Below are positions 1-7,912 of a stretch of DNA of 35,232 nt, piece by piece. Numbering within the stretch: position 1 is the stretch's first letter; each line of letters opens with the position of its first letter. The translations under genes were made by a program, and so were the position numbers. The notes beneath the pieces were generated by a model. The model was not told the DNA's origin. It saw only the letters and a list, made by a program, of their open reading frames with translations, and did not search any database. Location of the stretch: IMG/VR virus record IMGVR_UViG_3300048854_000041, positions 1 to 35,232 of that record; one strand, 5' to 3'. The stretch is from a virus (taxonomy: Duplodnaviria; Caudoviricetes).

Positions 1-45
1 ACCCGGGGTGCTATTACCCATTGGTCGTAAATCCAAGAAGGCAGC

Positions 46-399
46 ATGAAGGCCGCGGTGGAGTATCCCGAAGGCGAAGGCAAGAGGGAAGTCTGCACAA
101 AGTCCACTGCCGGCGTTAGGGAGTATCGCAACCGCACCCGTGAGATGTGGGAACGCCAGATGGGTAGGTGCGCCATCTGTCTTCTACCTATGCGTATAGA
201 GGCCGCAACTTTTGATCACGCCAATGGCCGCGGACTTTCTGGGTCCAAGCGCGATGACCGAATTTTAGTTGACGGTAAGTGGCAGAACGCGGCTTTGTGC
301 TGGGACTGCAACATGCGCAAAGCCTCGCGCCGTATTCCTTACCTCATTCAACAGCACGTCATGTTTCCGAAACATTTCGAAGAACTCCTAGGGGAGTAA
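46..399 (+). CDS. HNH-family endonuclease-like protein
   Basis: CxxC (CAIC), TFDH, and ALCWDCN Zn-binding HNH pattern. Confidence 0.65.
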   Translation: MKAAVEYPEGEGKREVCTKSTAGVREYRNRTREMWERQMGRCAICLLPMRIEAATFDHANGRGLSGSKRDDRILVDGKWQNAALCWDCNMRKASRRIPYLIQQHVMFPKHFEELLGE

Positions 400-402
400 C
401 TA

Positions 403-825
403 ATGTCCGCAATAACCGAAGTAGATTTTTCAGAGCAACTGCGCATTGATAGTGAGGAACACCGTAAAGAATATGGTGCTCCTACACCATGTATTCATTG
501 CGGGAGAATGATCGTTACTACTGGCGATTATCCAGAATGTTTGGAATGCCACGATTTCGACCTCAACAACCTTGGATATCAGACTGACCAGGATGGCGAA
601 GACATCGACTATGACGCTATGCCTTATGCGCAGTACTTGCGCACCGATCACTGGCAGGCTGTCCGGCAGACCAAGATTGAAACAGCCAGCGGTAAGTGCG
701 CCTGCTGCAGTAGCACACTCCAACTCCACGTCCACCATCGCGAATATCCAGCGAGACGACTAGATATAAAGCCATCCATGCTTGTCGTGTTGTGCAAGCG
801 CTGCCATTCACTACTTCACGGCTGA
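403..825 (+). CDS. HNH endonuclease with N-terminal zinc ribbon
   Basis: Y..YL.T.HW..VR, CACC, LHVHH, LVVLCKRCH motifs typical of phage HNH proteins. Confidence 0.75.
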   Translation: MSAITEVDFSEQLRIDSEEHRKEYGAPTPCIHCGRMIVTTGDYPECLECHDFDLNNLGYQTDQDGEDIDYDAMPYAQYLRTDHWQAVRQTKIETASGKCACCSSTLQLHVHHREYPARRLDIKPSMLVVLCKRCHSLLHG

Positions 826-837
826 GGGGGAATCACT

Positions 838-1791
838 GTGGGTCGCATACGCACAATAAAGCCGGAATTCCCTCAGTCGGAATCTATGGGCAAGGTAAGC
901 CGAGATGCTCGTCTGCTATTCATCCAACTTTGGACTCTAGTAGATGACCAAGGGCGCACCAGGGCGGCATCAAGGATGCTTGCCAGTCTTCTTTATCCGT
1001 ACGATTCTGACGCTCCAAAGTTGATTGATAAGTGGCTTATCGAGTTGGAAGAAGAGAAATGCATTCTTCGCTATCAGTTCGATGGAAAAACTTATCTCCA
1101 AATCGAAAAATGGACCGAACATCAGAAGATAGACAAACCAAGCAAAGCGAAATTGCCTTCTCCAGAGGATTCGCGAGGTCTCGCGAAATGTAGCGAGGGC
1201 TCGCGAGTAATTCCGGAAGCCTCTGACGACCCTCTCGAGGGCTCGGGTACGGACCAGGACCAAGGAAGGGACCAAGGAGAGGATCTGGAAAAGGAAAAGA
1301 AGGCGCTGGTGGAGCGCGCCTTTGTTTCTTACTGCACGGTGTTCAAGAAGAATCCCAAAATGTACACCCTTACCGATCAGAGAAAAGAAAAGGCAATTCT
1401 TCGTATGGAAGAGCGACTTGCTGTTCACGATGGCGACATGAACGCAGTCGCGGATGAGTTCAAGCTGGCGATATCAAACCTTAACTCCAGCGAATTCCAC
1501 CGAACGAAGGGATACATCGACTGGACAGAACAAATTTTCCGATCCACGGAAGAGTTTGAGAAGCGAATCAATTGGCAGAAGCCGGAAGTAAGCGGAGGCA
1601 GTAATGGAACCTATCAAGGCAATCAGAGTCGAGGGAATATCCGAGTTGAGCAGCAGCTCGAGGAGCTTAGAAAGGCGGGTGTCACCATCCCGTCAGGACG
1701 GCCTGAAGCTGGCCCTGAGCAAAATGTCCCTGTTGCGGGGCGAGGTGATGGATTCGGTTCGTCTGGAGTCGTACTCGAAGGCGTTAGGTGA
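838..1791 (+). CDS. Phage replication initiator (replisome organizer, lambda O-like role)
   Basis: N-terminal RIRTIKPEF...ARLLFIQLW..DD.GR signature; low-complexity central linker carrying repeats. Confidence 0.75.
   Translation: MGRIRTIKPEFPQSESMGKVSRDARLLFIQLWTLVDDQGRTRAASRMLASLLYPYDSDAPKLIDKWLIELEEEKCILRYQFDGKTYLQIEKWTEHQKIDKPSKAKLPSPEDSRGLAKCSEGSRVIPEASDDPLEGSGTDQDQGRDQGEDLEKEKKALVERAFVSYCTVFKKNPKMYTLTDQRKEKAILRMEERLAVHDGDMNAVADEFKLAISNLNSSEFHRTKGYIDWTEQIFRSTEEFEKRINWQKPEVSGGSNGTYQGNQSRGNIRVEQQLEELRKAGVTIPSGRPEAGPEQNVPVAGRGDGFGSSGVVLEGVR
1171..1280. repeat. Probable replication origin iterons inside the initiator gene
   Basis: 10-nt periodic repeats TCGCGAGGTC/TCGCGAAATG/TAGCGAGGGC/TCGCGAGTAA (1171-1210), then GGACCA(A)GGA repeats; same arrangement as lambdoid ori within O. 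Confidence 0.55.
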
Positions 1792-2065
1792 AGAGTTCAA
1801 GGAAGACTACGACACGCTCTATGTGCTCGATCGGCTTGTAAAGAACGGGCGCGGCGAGTATGAGTCCAAGATCCCGGAGATGGGGGATCTTATCGACATG
1901 GTGCGCGAGCGACGTTCTGAGCGCCTGAAAGCGATACAGGATCGCAGGAAACAGGAAGAGCTGGCGGCATACTTCCGTGATGTGCGGGAGAACCCGGAAA
2001 ACTACATGACCATGACGCAGTTGTTGGAAGAGATTGAGGCAAAGAAAGCAGGGAGGACAGCGTGA
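1604..2065 (+). CDS. Hypothetical protein, possible helicase loader/replication accessory; start uncertain
   Basis: Directly follows and overlaps the initiator; GGAGG before ATG 1604; coupled to the next gene. Confidence 0.5.
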   Translation: MEPIKAIRVEGISELSSSSRSLERRVSPSRQDGLKLALSKMSLLRGEVMDSVRLESYSKALGEEFKEDYDTLYVLDRLVKNGRGEYESKIPEMGDLIDMVRERRSERLKAIQDRRKQEELAAYFRDVRENPENYMTMTQLLEEIEAKKAGRTA

Positions 2066-2343
2066 CAGGAATGCAATTCAAGCAAGTACCCAAGGTGCAA
2101 GTGCCCTCGAACAAGCGAATGGTTCTGGGCAAGTATCAGCGATTCTTTAGCGAGCTCATGGATCTAAAGGCAAGCATGACAGCCTGCGTTGAGATGGAGA
2201 GCAGGAAGGCCGGCTACAACGCGACTAACGAGCTACGCAAGATGGCGAAGAAGGAAAACCTAATTCTTGGCTGGAGCCATAACGAGCTTTACACGGAGTT
2301 TTACTACTGGCTTGAGCGGACTCCGGTTAGGAGGGCGGCATGA
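2062..2343 (+). CDS. Hypothetical protein
   Basis: GGGAGG RBS; GTGA/ATGA coupling on both sides. Confidence 0.6.
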   Translation: MTGMQFKQVPKVQVPSNKRMVLGKYQRFFSELMDLKASMTACVEMESRKAGYNATNELRKMAKKENLILGWSHNELYTEFYYWLERTPVRRAA

Positions 2344-3050
2344 AGGAGAGACCGATTCTATTTTCAGCAGCCATGGTGCGCGCCATTTTAGAAAACAGGA
2401 AGACGCAGACGCGGCGGATTGTGAAGCCGCAGCCGACAGAAACAGCCGGCATGAATTGCCGCAGGCTAACGTTCTGCACGAAGAGCGGACGTGAATCCCT
2501 AAATGAGTCAATCGATCCCGTGTGCGAGCCGGCTCTTTTCCGAGGCTTATGCCCTCACGGGGATATAGGAGATCGGATGTGGGTGCGGGAGACGTGGGCG
2601 GCGCACGTAGGGTGGGACAAGCTAAAACCGAGCGACTTGGCCCATGATGCCAAAGCCAATTTTTGGTTTGCTGCAGATCCTGAAGGCACCGATGGAACGG
2701 CTGATATTCCATCGTTCAGACGCGGAAAATGGCGTTCGTCCATCTTCATGCCACGCTGGGCCTCGCGCATCACGCTAGAGATAACCGATGTGCGCGTGCA
2801 GAGGCTTCAGGAGATAAGCGAGAAGGATGCCGCGGCTGAGGGATCCAAAAGAATCTGCGATATCTGCTGGCAGAGTGACTCTAAGGAATCACACTGGGTC
2901 TGCGAAGCGGATTACCAGCCCGACGTTTCCAGAAGGTCCGGGTTTAGGGCAATTTGGGAAGACATTAACGGGCATGAATCATGGAATGCAAGCCCATGGG
3001 TGTGGGCTATCACCTTCAAACATCTTGAATCTGCGCAATGCGCAGCATAG
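2340..3050 (+). CDS. ASCH/PUA-like phage protein
   Basis: MKERPILFS..MVRAIL..RKTQTRR, GDR.WVRETW, W.SSIFMPRWASRI.LEIT.VRV.RLQ.I, PWVW.I.F motifs. Confidence 0.8.
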   Translation: MKERPILFSAAMVRAILENRKTQTRRIVKPQPTETAGMNCRRLTFCTKSGRESLNESIDPVCEPALFRGLCPHGDIGDRMWVRETWAAHVGWDKLKPSDLAHDAKANFWFAADPEGTDGTADIPSFRRGKWRSSIFMPRWASRITLEITDVRVQRLQEISEKDAAAEGSKRICDICWQSDSKESHWVCEADYQPDVSRRSGFRAIWEDINGHESWNASPWVWAITFKHLESAQCAA

Positions 3051-3366
3051 GAGCGCACTACATGAAACGAGGCTACAGCGAAGATTGCGAATGCCTGCAC
3101 TGTAAGGGGATTCGGCGAGAGATGGAGCAGGACCGCAAAGAAGAGGAACGTGAAGCCGAAGGGATGGAATAGATGGCGCAATGTCATTTCAACAGTCGTT
3201 ACTTAATCAGCATGAGGCGGAACATCAGGATGGACCGCAATTTGTTAGTTGAGGAGCGGGAGGCACTACTTGACACGATAGACCAACGCAGAGCACTGCA
3301 TGAACTGAATACGGGTTGCTACTGCTGGGAACAGGCACTGCGGAAGATGGATGCGGAGGTGGATGT

Positions 3367-3678
3367 ATGACCCCCGAAGGAATCGTTAAGGCAGCAGTAC
3401 TTGATTACCTCAAAGAAAGCGGCAGGTTTTACATGCGTATGAACAGCGGCACTGTCAGGGTGCGCGGCGGGATGATGCATTTATGTCCAGTCGGCACGGC
3501 TGACATTCTCACCTTTGGACCGACCGGCGGCTGTATGTGGATCGAACTCAAGCACCGTAAAGGCGAACAGGGAAAGAAGCAGGTTGAGTTCCAAGAGAAA
3601 GTAACCGCCATAGGCCATAGCTACGTCGTGGCTCGATCAGTGGAAGACGTAGTGGCAGCATTCAAGGAGGCTAGGTAA
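3367..3678 (+). CDS. VRR-NUC (PD-D/ExK) nuclease / Holliday junction resolvase-like
   Basis: GTADI, WIELK, Q..FQ, Y.VARSVEDV motifs; ATG 3367 after GGAGGT. Confidence 0.8.
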   Translation: MTPEGIVKAAVLDYLKESGRFYMRMNSGTVRVRGGMMHLCPVGTADILTFGPTGGCMWIELKHRKGEQGKKQVEFQEKVTAIGHSYVVARSVEDVVAAFKEAR

Positions 3679-3980
3679 TGCTACAAGTCGGATCGGCAGT
3701 ATATCGACGTAACGGAGATGCGGAGGTTATCAGTGGGGAGACCAGCAGAAGATGGATCGTAGGAGCTCCATGGAGACAGAACAAAATTAGTAAAGCTGCC
3801 ATGCGGGATAAGGGAAACGACGGTGAATATCATCCGGTATTTTTCGCCAGTAAAGAGATGGCGGCAGATTTCCTCTTTGTCGATAAAAACCTATGGAAAA
3901 TATCGAGCGCTGTTCAGGGCGTTCGTGATCCAACAATCCTCAGGAAAGTGGCAGAGTTGATCGGATTCAAGGAGGCGTAA
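3678..3980 (+). CDS. Hypothetical protein
   Basis: Coupled ORF (TAATG) with AGGAGG upstream. Confidence 0.55.
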   Translation: MLQVGSAVYRRNGDAEVISGETSRRWIVGAPWRQNKISKAAMRDKGNDGEYHPVFFASKEMAADFLFVDKNLWKISSAVQGVRDPTILRKVAELIGFKEA

Positions 3981-4151
3981 ATGAAGAAATTATGGTGGAT
4001 TCTGTGCAATGTCGGAGCGGCAATAATCATCCACAATATGTGGGTTCAGATGAACGGATTCGATAAGTGGCTCGCCGTTCTGCTTACTTCTTCTATGTGG
4101 ATCGGCAATCAAGTAGATGAAATCGAGAAGGTGTTCGGGGAGGCAGCATGA
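3981..4151 (+). CDS. Small two-helix membrane protein (56 aa, not in ORF track)
   Basis: MKKLWWILCNVGAAIII...WLAVLLTSSMWIG...EAA*; GGAGG RBS; ATGA coupling to the next gene. Confidence 0.55.
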   Translation: MKKLWWILCNVGAAIIIHNMWVQMNGFDKWLAVLLTSSMWIGNQVDEIEKVFGEAA

Positions 4152-4708
4152 AGAAGCAGGAATTTATCTGGGAACCCATTTCAGAATGGGGCATGTCAAT
4201 GAAGCCCTATCTGGATCAAGTAAAGCGGCAGGCCGTAATTGTGATGCGCAACCCTAAGCCGCAGGTGGTGCGCCCTCGCGTTAGGGTATACAGCCCTAAA
4301 CCATCGACCAAGGGAGATTGCCCTGGCTGTGGAGTTCAGTTGGGACCGCAGAACAAAAGCGGCATCTGCAATAAGTGCTGCACAAGTAATACCCGCAAGC
4401 AGATGAAGATGGGGCCGCGCCCTACCTGTAACGAATGTGGCATAAACATCCCACGCAACAACACCAAGGGACTGTGCAAACTTCATAAGAAGCGGCGGTT
4501 CTCCTATCAGTTCTGCGCGTGTGGAAAGCAGCTCAGTAATCGCAATATCAGTGGCGTATGCAAAGCCTGCCAATTGGCCGCTGCTGGCCCTAGGGAGCTT
4601 TGCACGGTATGCGGGATATGCCTGAGTCACCTGAATAAGACCGGCCTCTGCTTGAAGCATGGAAAGTCGGCGCGCCAGATGGCCTATAGAGCGAGGAAGG
4701 CGGCATGA
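4148..4708 (+). CDS. Protein with four tandem Cys-rich zinc-finger repeats
   Basis: Four copies of C-x(1-2)-C-G-x2-[LI]-x3-N-x2-G-x-C-x2-[CH]. Confidence 0.7.
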   Translation: MKKQEFIWEPISEWGMSMKPYLDQVKRQAVIVMRNPKPQVVRPRVRVYSPKPSTKGDCPGCGVQLGPQNKSGICNKCCTSNTRKQMKMGPRPTCNECGINIPRNNTKGLCKLHKKRRFSYQFCACGKQLSNRNISGVCKACQLAAAGPRELCTVCGICLSHLNKTGLCLKHGKSARQMAYRARKAA

Positions 4709-4761
4709 GACTCGCCGCCGATACATGCGCACAAATGTTCTATACAAGTTGTGCTTTAGTG

Positions 4762-4796
4762 TTTGACCGCTTAGAGAAACCTTTAAACTTAGAGAA
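4762..4796 (+). promoter_or_regulatory. Candidate sigma70-type promoter overlapped by a 9-bp direct repeat
   Basis: TTGACC (4763-4768) and TAAACT (4784-4789) with a short spacer; CTTAGAGAA at 4770 and 4788; AT-rich island. Confidence 0.35.
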
Positions 4797-5157
4797 GAGA
4801 TTAGTTGACTGCTACATGGCATGCCAAAAGTCGTTAACAAAGTCTCTATCTATGCGGGGACGCATAGCGGAGCGGACAAGATGGTTGGCAGTCCTGACAC
4901 CGACTCTCAGAGCTAGGAGAGCACGGGACACCGGAGAAGGCCGTAAGGCTCACTCGGATCGGGGAAGTGGACATGGAAACCTTGGTGACTTCGAGACGGG
5001 TCGGGGACTAGAACAGTCTCTCAAGCCGTGACACCAGACCTGCTGAGTGAAACCTATACGGGTGGCTCCTTTACACCGAATAGATCACTTTACCTGGACA
5101 AGGTGAAGTGTGCCTACCGGAGTTCACCATTACCCGAATGTAGTTAGGAGAGAAGAG

Positions 5158-5424
5158 ATGCAGATACTAACCATCGGCTCATCGATCAGACTGGCAAGGA
5201 ACAGTAAGTCGCTCAGCATCGAAGAACTGGCCAATCTTTCCGGAGTGTCGAGAAATGCGATCTGGGAAATAGAGAAAGGCATCAAATCTCCTACGCTCAC
5301 CACTCTTGAAAAGCTAAGTGCGGCTCTGGAAATTGATTCATGGCGCATTGTAAGGCACGCTTATAAATCAAAAGTGGCACAAGCGCAAGTTAGTGCTTTT
5401 AATCCCGAGCAACAATTGAGATGA
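5158..5424 (+). CDS. XRE/Cro-CI family helix-turn-helix regulator
   Basis: IRLAR....SIEELA..SGVSRNAIWEIEKG...PTL.TL.KLS.AL; AGGAG RBS 7 nt before ATG 5158. Confidence 0.85.
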   Translation: MQILTIGSSIRLARNSKSLSIEELANLSGVSRNAIWEIEKGIKSPTLTTLEKLSAALEIDSWRIVRHAYKSKVAQAQVSAFNPEQQLR

Positions 5425-5526
5425 TGTAGCTACACAGAGAAGGCAACACGCAGCCCTCCCATTTTCTTTGTGTCACTGGTTAGGCTAACCATAAGAGCCG
5501 GTCCCAATCCAATCGAGGAAATTCCC

Positions 5527-5814
5527 ATGCCTTCTGAAGCCGTGAAGATGGTAGCACTGCATAAACTCGGCGGAAACGGACGAGGCAAACCAGAAGCTTT
5601 CGTTACTCCCGAGATGGCGCAGGATCTAGTGGACGCGGGACAGGCAGAGTGGAACAAGAAGATGAAATTCATCACTCGCACCAAGCTTAGTGCGGAGATG
5701 TTCCGTCCGGCGCCGTCCCTGAAGCCAAACATTATGACGATGGACAAGTTTGTCGAAGGTGATACAAACGCGGTTGCCATCATCGAATCGTGGCGCTACA
5801 CATATGCCGCTTAA
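5527..5814 (+). CDS. Hypothetical protein
   Basis: GAGG RBS before ATG 5527; protein-like composition. Confidence 0.55.
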   Translation: MPSEAVKMVALHKLGGNGRGKPEAFVTPEMAQDLVDAGQAEWNKKMKFITRTKLSAEMFRPAPSLKPNIMTMDKFVEGDTNAVAIIESWRYTYAA

Positions 5815-6301
5815 TTTGAACAACTTACGGGGTGACGCATCCGTGCCATTTAGCGCCTAGCGATGGCTTCTAATCCACGTCACATTTTGCAATGCAGTGG
5901 GTGACGGCCTAGGCCCACAAGGTTCGCAACTCCATCGCTAGGTGTGAGGCTGGGCCAGCCATAAGTTTCCACAAGGCCGGAACCTCTGATCGAAATGCGC
6001 AATGATCACGTTTCGGCCCTATTTAGTTATGCGGGGTGCCGCCCTGCTCATACGCGGCAAAGATGACCGTAGAACTAGCGCAATGGTGACTACGGCGGTA
6101 AGGTGCAACGTCAAGGGAGCCGCACCGGGACTCCAGGGTTTCGATGTTGTGTTGAGGTGATGAGCCTCTTTGTCCGCACTAAAGTCGTCCTGACCAAATA
6201 CGGGAGGAAGTGCGAATAGATCCCGCAGGGCGCAGACTTTTACAGACACAGCCAAGCGACACCTTCGCAGGAAGTGGGTGATCCGAGTCTAGGAGTTAGG
6301 T

Positions 6302-6559
6302 ATGACCATGCTTGAAGCAGCGCAGGCACAACAGGCCGATGACAAGCAGAGCATGAAACATGACTATCTTGCGGTCTTCCTGATCCTTGTGGGGCTCTCT
6401 GCGATCGGAGCGGGCTGCCATTTCCATTTTGTTGAGCTGACCACTTCGGCGGCGGGGGTGGTGGGTGCGGGAACGGGCCTGATTATGGGTAAGCGCAACG
6501 ATACCAAGAATTTGAATGCCGGGGGAAACCTGGCGGTCTCTACTGGAGAAAACCAATGA
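6302..6559 (+). CDS. Small membrane protein, holin candidate; start may be ATG 6352
   Basis: Two hydrophobic segments and a charged C-tail; first gene after the RNA element. Confidence 0.5.
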   Translation: MTMLEAAQAQQADDKQSMKHDYLAVFLILVGLSAIGAGCHFHFVELTTSAAGVVGAGTGLIMGKRNDTKNLNAGGNLAVSTGENQ

Positions 6560-6915
6560 AGAAGATTCTTCTGCTGTCGCTTGTATGCCTTGGCCTGACA
6601 GCTTGTGACTCGTTCGAGCGCAATACCTTCAACACGCTCTCGAGCTCCAAGGCGGTCATTGACCAGACGCAGGCCGACTACGAGGCGAAGACCATCCCGC
6701 ATACTCAGTGCGCCTATTCGCTGATCAACAACGCCAAGGCGGCACAGACGGTTGCGGTTGAAGCCTTCCTCGACTACGAGAACATCAAGGCCGCCGGCAA
6801 GGACTTGAACGCGCAGACTGCGGTTGTCGTAACCGATCTGGCAAACCTGGCGCCTCTCGTGATTCAGGTCAAGACTCTGGTTTCTAACCCTGCATCAGCG
6901 TGCGGAGGAAAATAA
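6556..6915 (+). CDS. Lipoprotein, possibly lysis/spanin-like
   Basis: MKKILLLSLVCLGLTA-C lipobox; helical body. Confidence 0.65.
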   Translation: MKKILLLSLVCLGLTACDSFERNTFNTLSSSKAVIDQTQADYEAKTIPHTQCAYSLINNAKAAQTVAVEAFLDYENIKAAGKDLNAQTAVVVTDLANLAPLVIQVKTLVSNPASACGGK

Positions 6916-7182
6916 ATGACGGTTCAATCTTTCCTTGACGACCTCCAGAAGGTAGAAACTCTCGCGCAGGCTGGACTGAAGACTGTAGAAGCTCTTAGCC
7001 CAGATCCGACTGTTGACCTTACGGCAGGGGCAATATCCGCAGTACTCCCGATCGCGGCCTCACTTCTTTCTGCTGCTCTGAGTGCTTGGTCTACAGCCAA
7101 CAATCAGCCGGTTACCCTTGAAGCGATCCAAGCCCTGTTCCCGAACTCGACTCCACTATCTCAGCCTGACGGAACCGCATAA
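6916..7182 (+). CDS. Hypothetical protein with a hydrophobic helix
   Basis: GGAGG RBS; tightly packed in the operon. Confidence 0.55.
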   Translation: MTVQSFLDDLQKVETLAQAGLKTVEALSPDPTVDLTAGAISAVLPIAASLLSAALSAWSTANNQPVTLEAIQALFPNSTPLSQPDGTA

Positions 7183-7184
7183 CA

Positions 7185-7433
7185 ATGAACTGGAGTCTGA
7201 TAGCGGCGCTATTCAGTCTGTTCGGCGTAATAGCCACGATTGTTGGCGTCGCTTACACCTCGGGTCAGTTCTCGCAAAGGGTACATGCCAGCGAAGAGCA
7301 AAACAAGCTGCATGCTATCCGGTTAGATGAGCACGCCAAGCAGCTCTCAAGCCACGATGTAAAGCTGGGCCGCATTGAAGAGTGGAAGTCAGGTCTCAGC
7401 ACCGGCGCCAGGCTGAGTAAAGAGGCGCAATGA
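7185..7433 (+). CDS. Membrane-anchored coiled-coil protein (lysis-region type)
   Basis: N-terminal TM helix followed by a heptad-rich segment. Confidence 0.6.
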   Translation: MNWSLIAALFSLFGVIATIVGVAYTSGQFSQRVHASEEQNKLHAIRLDEHAKQLSSHDVKLGRIEEWKSGLSTGARLSKEAQ

Positions 7434-7624
7434 CCTCCGGCGAGCTTGCTGAACTTCATGCGGCTCATGACATTCTGCTGCACGCCTATGAGTATCTAGC
7501 TGATAAGCATGTAGGGCGCAAAGACGAGTTTATTGCGGACTGCGACTCAATGATGATCCTGCTCGATGCGCGGGTCCTGATTCAGCAGAAGATAGTGGAC
7601 TTCTTGGTTGGAGACCAGGGTTGA
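7430..7624 (+). CDS. Hypothetical protein
   Basis: ATGA-coupled ORF. Confidence 0.5.
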   Translation: MTSGELAELHAAHDILLHAYEYLADKHVGRKDEFIADCDSMMILLDARVLIQQKIVDFLVGDQG

Positions 7625-7767
7625 AGCGGTGCGTAAGACAGTTTCCTTTAGATCGATGCGAGAACCACTGCTTGCCTGATAGCAACTATTGCGGGACGTG
7701 CAAGCAAGAGATTGATTCGCGAGTGAAGACAAGAAAGCTTTATTCCCCGTGCTGGATCTGTTTCTAG
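7621..7767 (+). CDS. Small Cys-rich protein (48 aa, TTG start, not in ORF track)
   Basis: MKRCVRQFPLDRCENHCLPDSNYCGTCKQ...CWICF; TTGA overlap with the previous stop. Confidence 0.4.
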   Translation: MKRCVRQFPLDRCENHCLPDSNYCGTCKQEIDSRVKTRKLYSPCWICF

Positions 7768-7777
7768 AGGAGCCTAA

Positions 7778-7912
7778 ATGCTCATAGACCCGAACGACTT
7801 CGCCATAGCCGTGATCGTCGTCTTCGCCCTCGGGATTCTCGCCGGCGCTTTCTGGTCCCCATTGTCGGATAGGCCGAAGCGTGATGAAAAAGGACGATTT
7901 GTAAAGCGATGA
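7778..7912 (+). CDS. Small membrane protein with C-terminal RDEKGRF motif (44 aa)
   Basis: GAGGAG RBS; one TM helix; ATGA coupling to the next ORF. Confidence 0.55.
   Translation: MLIDPNDFAIAVIVVFALGILAGAFWSPLSDRPKRDEKGRFVKR

Larger units (their letters stand above)
4830..6290 (+). ncRNA. Large structured RNA element in two halves enclosing two ORFs
   Basis: Nested long-range helices 4830-35/6255-60, 4839-45/6234-40, 4853-59/6221-27, 4872-80/6169-77, 4971-85/6133-47, 5062-72/6113-23, plus many local hairpins; G-U pairs favour the + strand. Confidence 0.7.

Noticed and set aside
4705-5031. 108-aa ORF coupled to the zinc-finger gene
   Set aside because: Runs through the promoter-like AT-rich island and the paired RNA half, with no recognisable motif; likely incidental, though a leader-peptide role is not excluded
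5040-5053. Hammerhead-like CTGCTGAGTGAAAC
   Set aside because: Core deviates from CUGANGA, there is no stem II, and no matching stems I/III with a cleavage triplet were found
5853-5945. tRNA-Arg-like words (CTTCTAA, GGTTCGCAACTCC)
   Set aside because: No D-arm, no proper T-stem and no CCA; a cloverleaf cannot be built
4830-6290. Group I/II intron or RNase P identity for the large RNA
   Set aside because: No group II domain V, no convincing group I P7/R-S motifs and no interrupted host gene; RNase P-like words (GAGGAAG, GGTAAGGTGCAA) lack the P4 consensus and correct order
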